A stretch of DNA of 64,000 bases from Lingula anatina (Eukaryota; Animalia; Brachiopoda). Below are positions 38,401-49,399 of this stretch, one piece after another. How positions within the stretch are numbered: position 1 is the stretch's first letter; each line of letters begins with the position of its first letter. The position numbers and the translations under genes are program-made. The stretch is taken from assembly GCA_051362555.1 (NCBI GenBank), contig CM120646.1, forward strand, positions 17,794,001 to 17,858,000, read 5' to 3'. Below the pieces are notes generated by a model. That model had not been told where the DNA came from. It worked only from the letters and a program-made list of their open reading frames with translations, and ran no database searches.

Positions 38401-39459
38401 ATGAATCTATTGTAAAATATAGTTTCTACATGTAGATTGGGCTTTCTGTTGTCTCACATATCTGTCACTTACCTTTGTTTCTGTTGTTAACTTAAGGTAC
38501 CTTAGTTATGCTACAAACGCCAGCACTTTTCCTGTTAGCGATTCCAGTAACGTTATTCTGGCTGTTGGGAGTAGTCCGTTTGGCAGAAAACTTGCCTGGG
38601 ATTGGATTCAGGCACATTGGAATAGGTTTGTAATCAGATTTTTGTTCAGATGACTTGTTTTTATTTCCTATAAGAGTGTATGGAGGGTTGCTTACGTCAT
38701 ATGTACTACACATGAAATTAATAAACCTTTGAATAGGTCAATATTGTTACAAAGAAAATCAAATCGAGGCTGCACTATGCAGTGATATCTCGCTTGACTG
38801 GACGAGAAGTCGCGATTAACGGCCGACTCTTGAACTTTCCAGCACGGACAGAGTTTTGGGGAATAGAAAAGAACTGATAGGGGGAATCCTAGATGGGTTT
38901 TGGACGAAAGTGGATTTCCAAGAGGTAACGTATTTTTGTGCCTACATGTACTGTTGGCAAAACTCGACTGTTTCCGTTTTTGATTCGGCCAATTCCGAAT
39001 GGCGTTGAGAAAACGGAAGAGCAGGATCGGATCTGAAATGCGTTAGCTGTACAAAATGCGTTTTTTTTTTCTAAAGTGTACAAATGTAACAGTGCAGATT
39101 AATGTACATTTGACCTAACTGTTGCATTTTTGTAAGATAATATTGTTTTGTTTCATTGACGGATTGAGATTATCGCAGAAGAAAGCGTAATTGAATAAGA
39201 TACATAAGCCTTAGTATGGACCCTACCGTACATATACACGGACTAATACATCTTTTCATTTTACCTGATTTATTTCAACTTCTAGGTTTACTCCTTTCGA
39301 CACAAATTTGGAAGCGCAATGGATGATTACACAAGAGCGGCTCTGAATGAAATGCTGGAACTGATGAAAGCTAATGCACGGTGGGTTACTAACAATGAGG
39401 AGGAAGTACGCCATTGGTTGAAGACGAGAGTACTGCAAAGAAGTGATGCTGCCCACTGA
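5794..39459 (+). CDS. aminopeptidase N-like M1 zinc metallopeptidase, type II membrane protein, 20 coding exons, ~979 aa
   Basis: Exons assembled by hand, all GT-AG with consistent phases: 5794-6494, 7320-7475, 8709-8826, 9239-9359, 10040-10194, 10502-10615, 11214-11342, 11926-11991, 12646-12711, 20516-20688, 21922-22010, 35753-35886, 36119-36174, 36435-36582, 36941-37014, 37384-37494, 37995-38138, 38497-38625, 38843-38924, 39286-39459 (2940 nt including TGA). Motifs: N-terminal TM anchor, [42 protein letters not shown]-x18-E ([24 protein letters not shown]), [38 protein letters not shown]. Probable 5'UTR intron 5334-5674. Confidence 0.95.
8316..8572. mobile_element. Tourist/PIF-Harbinger-like MITE
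   Basis: ~50-bp TIRs ggctccgttgacatggaaaatctattttctaaaaatctattttctattcgc and gcgaatagaaaatagatttttagaaaatagatttttcatgtgaacggagtc, plus an inner IR ggtatcttgtgatcac / gtgatcacaagatacc. Flanks are ata and tta (TWA-like). The superfamily is inferred from the termini. Confidence 0.75.
9745..9904. mobile_element. non-autonomous DNA transposon (CAG...CTG termini, 5-bp TSD)
   Basis: TIRs caggcccgtag and ctacgggcctg; direct repeat gtatg at 9740-9744 and 9905-9909. Confidence 0.8.
11169..11210. repeat. (ATT)n microsatellite at the acceptor of aminopeptidase exon 7
   Basis: Directly visible between cattgcag (11168) and the tag acceptor (11211-11213). Confidence 0.95.
12111..12260. mobile_element. small MITE with CCCAGCAAAC-type TIRs and internal acgtggtagcc repeats
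   Basis: Termini cccagcaaaca and tgcttgttggg, with three internal aacgtggtagcca units. Confidence 0.65.
13150..15350 (+). pseudogene. decayed LRR/Toll-like relic A in aminopeptidase intron 9
   Basis: [11 protein letters not shown] and [14 protein letters not shown] (ORF 13204-13497), [35 protein letters not shown] (14006-14068), and LRR-NT-like [10 protein letters not shown] followed by [19 protein letters not shown] (14908-15060). Multiple stops and frameshifts. Confidence 0.45.
15911..16022. mobile_element. short MITE-like element with aacgtt subterminal repeats
   Basis: Termini ctcaacaaacac and gtttgctcgg, each flanked by TA, with internal palindromic taacgtta repeats and a (tttg)n tract. 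Confidence 0.5.
16400..16628 (+). mobile_element. Tc1/mariner transposase 3' remnant
   Basis: Degenerate SVIE(fs)VWAF followed by [22 protein letters not shown], resembling the Tc1 C-terminus (IEN.W...L..SM..R..AVI..KG..TKY). Confidence 0.4.
17750..21480 (-). pseudogene. decayed Toll-like receptor relic B, antisense, in introns 9 and 10
   Basis: Minus-strand fragments in order: [11 protein letters not shown]; KLRVLQIGG (~21020); ADISF(fs)LTALP (~20280); [14 protein letters not shown]; L*LAENTFN(fs)CSC (LRR-CT-like, ~19540); [10 protein letters not shown]; SFLCN*DL (second LRR-CT-like, ~18460); [13 protein letters not shown]; weak TIR-like text at 17800-18190. No clear TM segment. Aminopeptidase exon 10 lies between the two parts. 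Confidence 0.45.
22055..22385. mobile_element. Kolobok-like non-autonomous element (TTAA TSD)
   Basis: Perfect 10-bp TIRs ggtgggactg and cagtcccacc, flanked by TTAA at 22051-22054 and 22386-22389. Purine-starting termini with a TTAA target are typical of Kolobok. Confidence 0.75.
23352..24389 (-). CDS. intronless class A (rhodopsin-like) GPCR, FMRFamide/peptide-receptor-like orphan, nested in aminopeptidase intron 11
   Basis: 345-aa ORF with 7 hydrophobic segments: GN in TM1 (GSIGNIL), LAxxD in TM2 (LATVD), ERF at the DRY position followed by ITNPL, FVLLNWP in TM6 and NNCINFYMY in TM7. N-terminal NVT glycosylation site. Confidence 0.92.
   Translation of the reverse strand: MNSLSSSMEMEPTGTNVTANYCLAYGSPCWCNAMYSLTCVGSIGNILTGAVILQTPELRNKPLFVYLTCLATVDQMILILLSLGCLPFRDFHPVTQCVLKISILWLNDIMNYVEMGIIFLLTIERFFLITNPLRIRHLCTQRRALRNVLVITVVIAMLTAVRIFAIEECQTFFPGNVPKLKVIIFTTYCSFHNLVSLSVLTISILIIYKLHQHRNIERSMRSTAIKHQTDVLLLATALMFVLLNWPLHVNDVIMAYEWLSANDVTLSKDPEVREILFIISKVNNCINFYMYTLTGHMFRDGLKQLMQRGSSKERRKSSQYYIGLRMDMLEVEHSASTRSTSGLSC
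25250..25650 (-). pseudogene. LRR fragment
   Basis: ORF 25316-25525 ends [15 protein letters not shown], matching L..N.I..I....F. Confidence 0.3.
26380..27990 (+). pseudogene. decayed short Toll-like receptor relic C in intron 11
   Basis: In order: LRR-NT-like CGFSYC...RLVCT(fs)GLFTISET; [14 protein letters not shown]; ISKNPYLCH (LRR-CT, 27128-27154); hydrophobic [23 protein letters not shown]; TIR-like AVEWVN(fs)IPLL*....LLCYRF(fs)ENFIPG (27583-27700). An acceptor ttttaacag precedes it at 26372. Confidence 0.55.
29950..33000 (+). pseudogene. decayed Toll-like receptor relic D in intron 11
   Basis: [14 protein letters not shown]; [12 protein letters not shown]; [26 protein letters not shown] (30551-30628); [11 protein letters not shown]; [13 protein letters not shown] (31773-31811); [23 protein letters not shown] (31868-31939); TM-like [20 protein letters not shown] (~32310-32370); TIR-like [19 protein letters not shown] (32505-32560). 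Confidence 0.55.
34150..35150 (+). pseudogene. decayed LRR ectodomain relic E in intron 11
   Basis: [19 protein letters not shown] (34329-34385), [18 protein letters not shown]...FDRNII (34778-34875) and ISFPADVFS...LRYNAI. No TM or TIR seen. Confidence 0.45.
37071..37200. repeat. 59-bp near-perfect inverted repeat (hairpin) in intron 15
   Basis: Arms 37071-37129 and 37142-37200 are reverse complements with 2 mismatches and a 12-nt spacer. Confidence 0.95.
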
Positions 39460-40612
39460 GCATTGATATTGAAGCGTAGACGGTGGATAGAATTTTTGTT
39501 GTCAGCGCCGGGACTAAGACATTTTGTTTCTCATTATTTTTCTATTTTTTTATCTATGACTCTACTCATTCTACGTAAAATTTCTTGATAGGTATACATG
39601 AAATGGACATTTCAAAATCCCTTGTGCAGAATGTATTTTATGATAGTACAAAAATGAAATCAACAACTCTCACATTACTTTTTTTGTGTGTAGTTACTTT
39701 ATTCATATATTACCTTAGTATACAATAGATACGAAGTTACAAAATATTTTGGCACGCGAATTACGCGGTACACGGGCGCAATAGCACATAACCGTCTAAT
39801 ACAATAAAAGCAACTATGTCATGAAATATAATGAGCAATCATGCAGAGTCATATGTTCATAATTCCAAATAGTGCACATAGTCCTAAATATTTATATGAA
39901 GAATGCGTGTATAAAACTATAAAGCACGTCTCAGAAAAACGAAACCTGGAAGCCACATATTGTGTTTGAGCAAACATATTGACACGTACAAAGACAAAGT
40001 AGACACTGTATAAGACGTGAACCATGAATGTGAGACGAAGCATCCTGCCGCAAAAATTGCTCAAGTGAATACCGGCATACATTAAGTTAATGGGAAGATA
40101 GCATGACCAAGGTTGGTGCCGCCAGTCGACATCTTTCTCAGGACACCATGGAAATTGTCACAGTGATATGATTGCAATCCCATTCATTTCAGGAGGAAAA
40201 AACATCACAGCGGAGGCAAAACATAGACAGCGATGGACGGCAGGTGTCACCAAAGTCAATAATGTCGTATGTTAAGAAACCCTGAACTATCTTGGACAAT
40301 AATTGGAGTCAAATTACCATGTTCTAGTAAAAAGTAACACATTAACACTATATTTGCTACAGATACAATGTATGGCCAATATCAGATATGAATGCCTGAT
40401 CTCTCGACATTTAGCTTTAAATAGCGTCAACAAACTTATTCATTCTGAGATGTTTTTTTTTTCCTTTTTTTTTTTTTGCATCCACGCGTTCGCTGTTAAT
40501 TTCAAAACGACTTCCATAAACTAATATAGTTGTTAACGTGATGAATGAGGACGAGAACGCTGGTCCTATCTCTGCTGTGGACGCCACCCTACACCAGTTT
40601 AGTTTGTCATGT

Positions 40613-43600
40613 TCAGTATTTAAAACAATCTGGCGTCAATTCCAAATTCTGTTTGTGCCTTTCCATCAGAACAGCGGCCACATCGGGTCGACCCATTCCT
40701 CGAAGACCGTACGCCAATTCCTCCACTTGTCTCTCTTTCTTAGTCTTCCTCTTCCAGTACATTAGTATTTTATATGTGACGTCAATTAGGCTTAGTCCAT
40801 TCGACAGTGCGTCAAAACCTATTCCTGTGATGGTGCTGTCTGGAATGTCCAAATATACGGCTAGCGTAAGTCCCTGTTCGATCTCTTTGGCCAGTGTCAT
40901 AAGACTCCGGCCAGACATCGTTTTGGATTCTTTTGGCACTGAAAGAAAAAGATGTTTGTTTGAACTTATATTGGAGCTAAAATAACGAACATAGGTTGAC
41001 CACAAAATCACAGAAGAGATTAGAAATGAAAATTACTACTTGTTTGTTTCAACAAGATTAAAACAATAAACTGCTAAAGCTTCAATGAAATTTCTGATCT
41101 TTGGCTGGTAGATTAAGATACTGCCTTTAACATACAGTCGATGGAAATAAACATAAGAACCAAAAGAATATCATTTTGTTTAACCAATACATGTACTTAA
41201 TTTATCCCTTAGCTCACAATAGCAACGACTTACCAGATATTTTTGCCCGTTTGGACTGCGTAATCCTCATGAAGGACTCGCTCTCAAAGTTCCTATAGGT
41301 CACGGTCTTTGGTCGTGGGGTTGGCTCTTCGGGCTCAACTTCCGGTTCCGGTTCAGGTTCTGGTTCTGGCTCCGGCGGCGGGGGTTCAACGTAAAAGTAG
41401 TCCTTCACGGCACTTTCACTGATGTTAACGCTGACTGTGTTGAATTGAGAGACTCCCCCATCTTCGTTTCTATAATACAAGTTCAAAGTCCCAGACAAGT
41501 CTTTTTCAGTACAATGGACGGGCTCTATTTCATACTTCTTATAGCTCTCAGGAAGTAAACTGTTAAAAAAGAGGGAATCATAATCTTCTTTGGGTTTTTC
41601 ATCATCTTTGAGGCCAATAGAGTTAAGTTTTGATTGAAGGTCAAAGTTCACTTTATCATTTTTATTTTCCTCCGAAGCTTTGTTTTCATCGTTTTCTCCC
41701 TCGCCATCAACCTCCATTTCGTTCTCAGGTGGAGCCACTGGTTTGACCTTGACCTGGACCTCACCCTGTAGTTTTAAAAGAATCTCCTTTCCATCCGGGT
41801 ACTCTGTGTCCTTACAACCGGATTTCTGTTCCACTGGCTTGTGACGTCTTCTAGAGTTAAAGCGCGGGAAACCTGACGAATTGTCGTCCTGTTCTGTTTC
41901 GGTTTCCGGTAGTTTTATTTCCACCCATCCTTTCTCCTTGCGTTTGGCCACAATATCGTCACGTTTGTCTTTTTGGACACATTGCACAAGTATAGACCAG
42001 TATTTTTGCTCCAATTTGACCATTGCCACGTGGTCTACTTTGATTTTATTGCTCCTCTCCTCGATTATCTTTAAAGCCTCTGGCAAACACCTCTGGCGTC
42101 CTGGTCGAGATTTCGCTATGCAGAATCTGTAAGGAAGATTATTCACATATATATGTCATCCAGTACTGAAATGAAACTGTTTGTGTACTGATTTTCACAT
42201 ATGCAATGGTTCTTTCACTAAAAATAAATATCCATATCACCAAAAAGCAACAAATTCTCAGTTTAGACATTTACTTCGGTTAATGTTTAGACATTAACTT
42301 CTTGAATATTATTATTAATCGCGCATACTGATAGCTTTTATATCTATAGGTGTTGTGAAACCATCTTGCACATGTTTATCGTTTCAATTCGGCCAAAAAG
42401 CAGTAAATCAGGTACAAAGAAGAACTTACTTTGTAAATATCTTGACGTCAAATGAAACATTTTGGCGGGTGAACTTCAGCGGGTTTTCCAGCACCTCCCA
42501 CCCTTTTACTGTCTTCAGCATGATGCAGATATCTTCTGTGTTTTCATCTTCTTCAAACACGGATGTCAATGGCAGCTTCATTGTGACTGGTCTGAAATAA
42601 AGTTATGGTGAATGGAGATGTTGTTAAAATATACGAAAAATCTATATTGGTAACAGACTATTTCTGATGTAAGTTATTCATTTTATCATAGTTTCGTAGG
42701 TTTTCGGTACGTGTACATGTATCCTGTATCTGTCAAAATTATATGTACATGTGCATGCCTACTGTAGTACATACAAGTATCATTAATCACTTATTGTATT
42801 GATTGTCTGTACAAATAAATGTGGGGTTCGTTGGTCCGCGCATAAACAGAAATTATTATATGCGTTTGCATTACGCGTTATTCCAAACGTAAAAGCATCC
42901 AAATTTTTTTAAGATAACCAAAATTGTCACCGCAAAATATAAACAAAAATAAGATTAAAAAACATTAAAATGGGATATACTGTACTTCATAATGCGATTG
43001 CAAAGCTTTGCATAAGAAACATAGCAGGAAAACATTACTAAATTAAAATTATCGATGTACACACATATACACACAATGCTCTCATCCTTTAAACTCAGAA
43101 CAATTCATAGAAGTGCACATGCGCAAAGTTGTGTTGAAAAGCTTGAAAAGCGTTTACGTCATGCAATCTGAAGATGGCGCATGCTCAAATGTTCTTCATG
43201 ACCAGCGCATGCGTTATACATTGGCATACAAGTTACATACGGGGGCGACTCTCGGCCTGACGGAGTGTCCGAACTAACAATAGTGTACAAAAATCATTTT
43301 AACCATACATACGCTCATAAAGCTAAGATGACTATTGAAAGCTGGTTATTGTAAAATGAGTAGATCGCAATGTGATATAAAGCTCTTCCAAAATACATTC
43401 TGAAATGCATCACCAGTGCCTGGAAGTGCGTGTACGTTAACTTTTCAGTGGGCTGCGTATATATGAAGCAACTACTAGTTTACTACCCAATGCATCAACA
43501 AGGACAAACATATATGCGTATTATCTTGTAGGGGGACATGCAGGAAAGAAAACTCACCTTTTGAAATCGGGCCTAGGTCCATTGTGTCGGAATTCAAAGA

Positions 43601-45289
43601 TGTCTGTTGCTCCCAGAAATTCGTAGAATTCTGTTGGATGTTCGCTTTTGATTACTTGGAGTTGATTCTGGTCTGTTGGGTGGATCTAAGATATTAAAAC
43701 CAAAAGAATCCGGTAAGAAATATTGATCAATCTGTGAAACCAGGCAGGCAGCAAGAATTATAATTCCCTGTGTTCAGTGGGCATTGAATGACACAATTTT
43801 AGATACTAGTGTCTGGGCGTCTGCACATCCAGAAAGTTTTGCCACATAATATTACTGTAGTTGTGATCAGTTTTGCAATATAACACCGCCACCAGTTTGC
43901 ATTATATATTCTAGTCCACTAGTATACCGGGTTGTTCAGCCCTTGATCATGATTATATAATATAATAAATAACTGTTTATCTTAAAGGCAGAGACAATAT
44001 GCGACCAGTGCTTTTACCTAGTAGCTGTTACCTAAATTGAATATCTTTCAGCTTCGATCATGATTGCATCAGTTAAGCATACCTGTATTCCGCAGAGTAA
44101 TGGAGTCTCGGTGGCCTTTTTAGGAAACCGTATGGAAATGTACTTCCCAATCTTGGCATTGTAGATACACCCTTGGGGACTAATGTCGAATGATTCTAAT
44201 TTCAGACGGGAAACTATTGCAAAAGCACCGAGAGTTTCTGATTCAAATGTTACTAGACGCTTTTCAGCCTGGAATGTAGATAAAAAGTAAAAGAAATATC
44301 ATCTGTATTTTTATTTTCTGTGTATCTTTCTACATTTTAATGTCCAAGTCTTGTTTTTCTAAAAGATTTGTCTGCTGTTATTTATTTACTGTATTCGATT
44401 TGAAGATAGAGTACTGTATACGCATGGTTGAAGGGAAACATGTACAAGGAGCACATGCCCCCATATGAAATATGAAATAGACTAGGACTCATATTAATTA
44501 ATAAATTGAATAGAAACATGGAATTATGAAGTGCTTTTTTTAATTGTATAAATGTATGTTTAACATAGCATAGCATTTTATGACGACATCACAAAACACG
44601 TGCATATACTTACGTCACTTGACGTCATATCAATACTCTCCCACTCATCCGCTTCCGGTTTCTTCTGTTTGAGCACAATGTCATAGTACGTATAGTCTAC
44701 TTCATAATATGGGAGGACGAATCCCAGCGACCCCTTCATTTTTGTCCCATTAAACTCAAAAAGAAAGATCTCGCTTGCTAGGTGTTCATCTCTGGTTAGA
44801 CTCGGCATGTGGATATTTCTGTCACTAGGTGTCAGTAGTGTGCAGGTTATGGCGTCTTTCTTTCCCTGCAGACAATTTGGCGGGATAGTGAGTTTCCCGT
44901 GAAGGGGAAGGTTGAAGTCGCCGCCTTTCTTCCATGGGGAACACTGGACTGGCGGCCTGCAAAAAAAAAAAATATGTATATACAATACACGCCTTCTGAT
45001 AAAACAGCTAGAAGGAAATAGGAAATGATACGACTTTTGAAGCTCTGTTCCATTTTCTTTTCTTTTTGAGATAGTTTGATTTCATAAAAGATGCGATGTA
45101 TCACTATAATTCACATGAGACAAGTATTGTAAGAGAAGCAAAGTTATAATACATTTCATCTTCGTCGTCATTTTCCTCACTCCCCAAACGTGTGTAGCTT
45201 CTCTCTAGGTAATACACCACTTCCTCGTCTTCATATTCATCAAGATCAAGGTTTGTCTCCATGTATAATTGGCTCAGGTAATCCTCCAT
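40613..45289 (-). CDS. ZU5/UPA/death-domain protein (DTHD1-like), 7 exons, ~724 aa
   Basis: Exons on the minus strand: 45289-45153 (weak gtatta donor, least certain), 44956-44614, 44268-44083, 43685-43558, 42591-42430, 42126-41234, 40938-40613, with consistent phases. Two ZU5-like segments (KKGG...GKLTIPPNCL; SPQGCIY...SIRFPKKA...RPVTMKLPL), an acidic linker with a (PE)n tract, and a C-terminal death domain (LAVYLDIPDSTI...KILMYWKRK...LAYGLRGMGRPDVA). Confidence 0.82.
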
Positions 45290-46749
45290 ATTGGCTGTAT
45301 AAGGTGATGTAACTTTGCTTTTCCTAACTAATTTTCTATATCTTTGATATTAGCGTTATGTATCACCCTACGCAAATATTTTCAACGATTGAAGCAAACT
45401 TCTCCTTTAAGCTTGTCCGGATGTTCGTGCGTTTCCAAGTCGTTCCTCGATGTACCAACTGATGTTGAACTACAAAAGCAACGTGTTTCAACTTAAAGTC
45501 CCGTTTTAAACCATCCCTATCTATCACTTTCTTCATTCAAACTGTTTTCGCCTACAATAAGTTACCGCTCTAATACGATTGTTTTGAATGTATACTCCGT
45601 CGCCATGGATATGTTACGACGCTAGGAGGCAATCGATAGTTTCTACAACAAAACTGCTGTGTTCCGTGGTCTTTTGGGGGAAATCGATTAGAAGCACCCT
45701 GTGTCTACCAGAAGCATTTCATAAGTTACAATTGTGAGACACAATAAAGTGGTTACGATCCCCATCAAAAATACCGGTGATCAATGGAGTGTTTCTTGTA
45801 TTTCCTACTTGAAATTAAACTTCTACGGTCAAATATCGCAGCGCCTAAAGTTTTCTGGGAACACTTGAATAGATTTTCACTTCACTGTAAAGCAATAATA
45901 GTTCTGGTCGTCAATATTAGTTCTGGTCGTCGTTGTGCATTCTTTTAATTAAAAAAATAGAAAAATAAGCACGTGTGAACCGAAGGCACTGTCAAGATGT
46001 ATAGACTTAAAATTAGTTCATGGTGTTTTCAAACAGACAGGGTTTCCTCTGTTGTTACTGCAGTCATCGGGTCCCCTGCGTTAAGATATTAGTGTCAGCC
46101 CCACTCAAGCACAATCAACCGACCCCCTCCCTCTCCCTGTCCATAAACTTTCTAAATTGTGCTATTTTCGTACATTATATTATTTCCTCCACCTTAAAAG
46201 ACCCGACCTTTCGTATATCTCAGCTTTTCAAACAAATCGAATGAAACCTCTGGAATAGCTTTAGGCTGTAACGATATCTAGAAATAGTCTGATTGATGTC
46301 CCAAGCCTCGGTGATTCATTGACGTTTCTGTCTTATTTCTTTCATACCCAATATTGGATTTTGTTGTGAGACTGTCTTTGAGTTACACAACGTGAGCTTT
46401 TACTGTGGCGGTCAGACGGGGCAGGACGAGGACCGGGAATCGGTCTAAATGCGTCGCAAGACCACCAATACAGGGACGTTGGAATGTTGACGGATTTTTG
46501 GCCACCTTCCATTCCAAAATGGTGCTGACCTTAACGCTGCTTACGATGAAAACGTTTGGAAAGGAAGTAAGCTACAGGCGATGTACGATCAAAGAGACTG
46601 ATAGTCTGATGATGCGCTGTGTAAGCATGAAAAGATTAATCGTTTTGCTCGGCTGAAGTCAACGTTTCTGGAATTTAAATGTTTTGAATGAGAATAAAAG
46701 TTATGAATAGCAGTCAAGTTGTCTCGTATGAATTTGTCCCATATCTTCA

Positions 46750-48900
46750 GCGATTAGGCTAGCCCAAGGGTGTCGTCACACTTAGTTGGCCACAGGTACA
46801 AGATCATGTGCACTGTGCCAATTGTGTTTTTTTTTCCCTTTGGATTGCGTTCGGTGGCACACCTACTGCAATGAGCTGATGCAAGTTTATACAAAACATA
46901 CATTAAAGGTTATCTAACAAGAGATGGCATTTCTTAACGAAAAGCCAACACGAACTGTTTGAAAACAAAATTTAATGGCACTTAAAAATGTGTGCCAAAC
47001 TTTAGAGATCGTTACTCTTTTTTGGACAAAGGTACACGTAGTCAAACTTAAGTCTTGCTACTGGGCGTAAATGCCACCAGCTGCGACATTCAATTTCCAG
47101 ACAGACATTTTTGCACGATTGCAATGTTTTTGGCTCAGAAGATACTAAAAAAATTGTGCTTATGGCAATATCACTTTCATTAAAAGATATCAAAAAGATA
47201 TCAATCTCCGTGGTCAATTAATTTGAGAACCGTTCTAATAATTGAGTGCATCAGTACGAAACAATAGTGTGCTGTTGCCTTACAGAACCGACATTTTTAA
47301 AGCTGGCAAACAATATCAATCAATTTTAAAGGATAAAGTATGGAAAATAGTTCAACTGCACCTATAATATAATAAGTTTCCACCAGCTGTCTACCACGTA
47401 ATGATATATATCTTGGTGTACTTAATGTGATGAATCTGGCCATAAAGCATGTAAGCCTACATAATGAGAGAGAGAGAGAGAGACGGCCCATGAAAATTCA
47501 CTCCAATTCATCCTTTGGGATTTTGGAGCTGCCACTGTCGTCAATTCAAAAAATATGTTAAAGTGTGTTCAGCCTAAAACAAGCAAGTTTTTATCCAAAT
47601 CTACACGTAAACATGACACAAACAAAAAATTCATTCCAGTCAAACACTGACATTACATTGACAGAGTGTCAGAATGGATTTTTAATGAGAGTGGGGATTT
47701 CTTGATCTTTTGTGTGCAAGAGTTCACTCGTGCGCGCTCTATCGCAAAACCATACAGCCAGTGAACTAAATACGGTCGGATTACGAAATGTACAAACATT
47801 TGACTTAAAGAAAGTATATATTTATCCCCAGCGCTCCAAGGTTTGAAAGCTGATTACAGCATTGACAGAAGGATTCAAATAGAGTTATGAAAGCTTGACG
47901 CACACTTCATGTGCTCGCTTGGAGACGGCGCTTGTAGCGCACCGGTATTAGTAGGCGTTCGTAGAGAGAAAGACGCAGGATTCTCTTCTGATGACGGCAA
48001 TTTTTTTTTTGTATGTATTTCATCGTATCAACTATTTAATCGTATCATCTATTTATTCGTTTGATGTCCTGAAAGATGCTTTTGTTTTGATTTTCTGTAA
48101 TAAGGTAATCGGTTTTATGTTTGTTACCTTTTACACATTCTAAAATATTACTGACACAAAAATTGAAATTGCGTCGCTTTGAGTTAAAAAACCAAATTGA
48201 TATTTTTGTGAATTGTCTATTGTATTCATTATTGCAGTCACCCTTTGTTTTCCTGTTATCTTTTTTATGTCCACAGGCAAACAGAAATGGAATAGAGAAT
48301 CTAATATCGCCTAAAAAAACGTGTTACGATAAAAAAAAATACGTGCACAAAATACATACTATGATAAACTGACAGGTGACTATCTCAGGGGCGAATAGCC
48401 TTAAGTTTGTTTTCTCATTTATTTGGCTTGAGTGATGCGTTTTGTTATGGATTGATTTTTTATGATCAAAATTTGTCCAAATGTACGGCCCCCGTGGCCT
48501 AATGGATAAGGCGTCGGTCTCCTAAACCGAAGATTGCGGGTTCGAGTCCCGCCGGGGGTACCTCTTTTTGGAATTTCCTCTAATACAGAAAGCTCTAAAC
48601 CCACTTCTGAAGCTCGCTGGTCCAGAACGCCAGCCGCTGAAAACGTCCCAGTAGAAAACGGCAAGAGAAAAACAGCTTTTACGCGTTTTTGCACAGCACA
48701 CACGCTTGTCTGCCATTATTTCTCATCCCACTCACCTTCAATTCCTGCCCATGCGAAATCTAGTTTAATTGAACACTGGGCTGTCTCGAAAGATTCCCGT
48801 TATGTCGCGCTTGCCTTTTTGCAAGATCTTATGATTGCTAGTTATTTTATTTTTAATTCCGCTGCTCTTATTCAACGTATTGACAATACAAGTTTATAAT
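46750..48900 (-). pseudogene. decayed Toll-like receptor relic I, interrupted by tRNA-Arg copy 1
   Basis: Minus strand in order: LAVFYWDVFSGWRS and FRAFCIRGNS (48570-48700); LRVDLDKNLL (47581-47610); LRR-CT end plus TM STPRYISLRGRQLVETYYIIGAVELFSILYPLKLIDIVCQL (ORF 47297-47491); TIR box1-like EIDIFLISFNESD (ORF 47002-47217). Confidence 0.55.
48488..48560 (+). tRNA. tRNA-Arg (anticodon CCT)
   Basis: 73 nt with acceptor stem gcccccg/cgggggt, A box tggcctaatgg, anticodon arm tcggt-ctcctaa-accga, B box ggttcgagtcc and a T5 pol III terminator at 48565-48569. Confidence 0.97.
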
Positions 48901-49399
48901 AATAAAAAAAATGGTGATAAGAATTCAGTACAAAAACTGCAATTAAGGAAGTAACATGTGATTTTTTGTTGTTTGACAGCAGAGATTGAATTTTTTTTTG
49001 CCAGTCAGTGGTTTGATTGATTACTTCAGGCACTTGTGTTGATTGATGTGTTTTTGAATTGAAAATTAACTGGTCGTAGTTGTTTTACCTGGATAACGAA
49101 ATACGTATCAGCCGGTGACAGCTTCACCATTTGATGAACTATTTTATTGACCCGCATATTTCAGTTGCTCGTAGCATTCACACGATGTGCTAACGAGGCC
49201 CAATAAAGTACTAACTCTATTTGCCTTCCGATATGAATTTGATGTAAGATAGCAATAAGGGAATTCTCTAAGATACCGAGTCATTTATAACAGCATCTGA
49301 CGTGTACAATGAAGTAAGCATTAAACATAGCGGTCTGCTTTGACAACCCCCTCTCCACCCCCACCCCCCACCCCCCAACCCCCCACCGTTGCCCCCACT

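Noticed and set aside
38626-38740. Alternative aminopeptidase exon after a ~50-nt intron
   Set aside because: One acceptor leads to a stop and the other gives no M1 similarity. The exon at 38843-38924 fits both phase and family pattern.
40538-42132. Plus-strand ORFs 40538-40765, 40545-40985 and 41881-42132
   Set aside because: Antisense shadows of the death-domain gene exons.
46405-46656. 83-aa ORF followed by AATAAA
   Set aside because: Non-ATG start, no recognisable family and no splice support.
47640-47900. Plus-strand TIR-like text (FLIFCVQEFTRARSIAK)
   Set aside because: It overlaps better-ordered minus-strand LRR fragments of relic I. Treated as a chance match, which shows the false-positive risk of motif reading by eye.
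48419-48899. Three ORFs overlapping the first tRNA
   Set aside because: They read through the tRNA sequence and no intact protein is supported; only the LRR-like scraps were kept as part of relic I.
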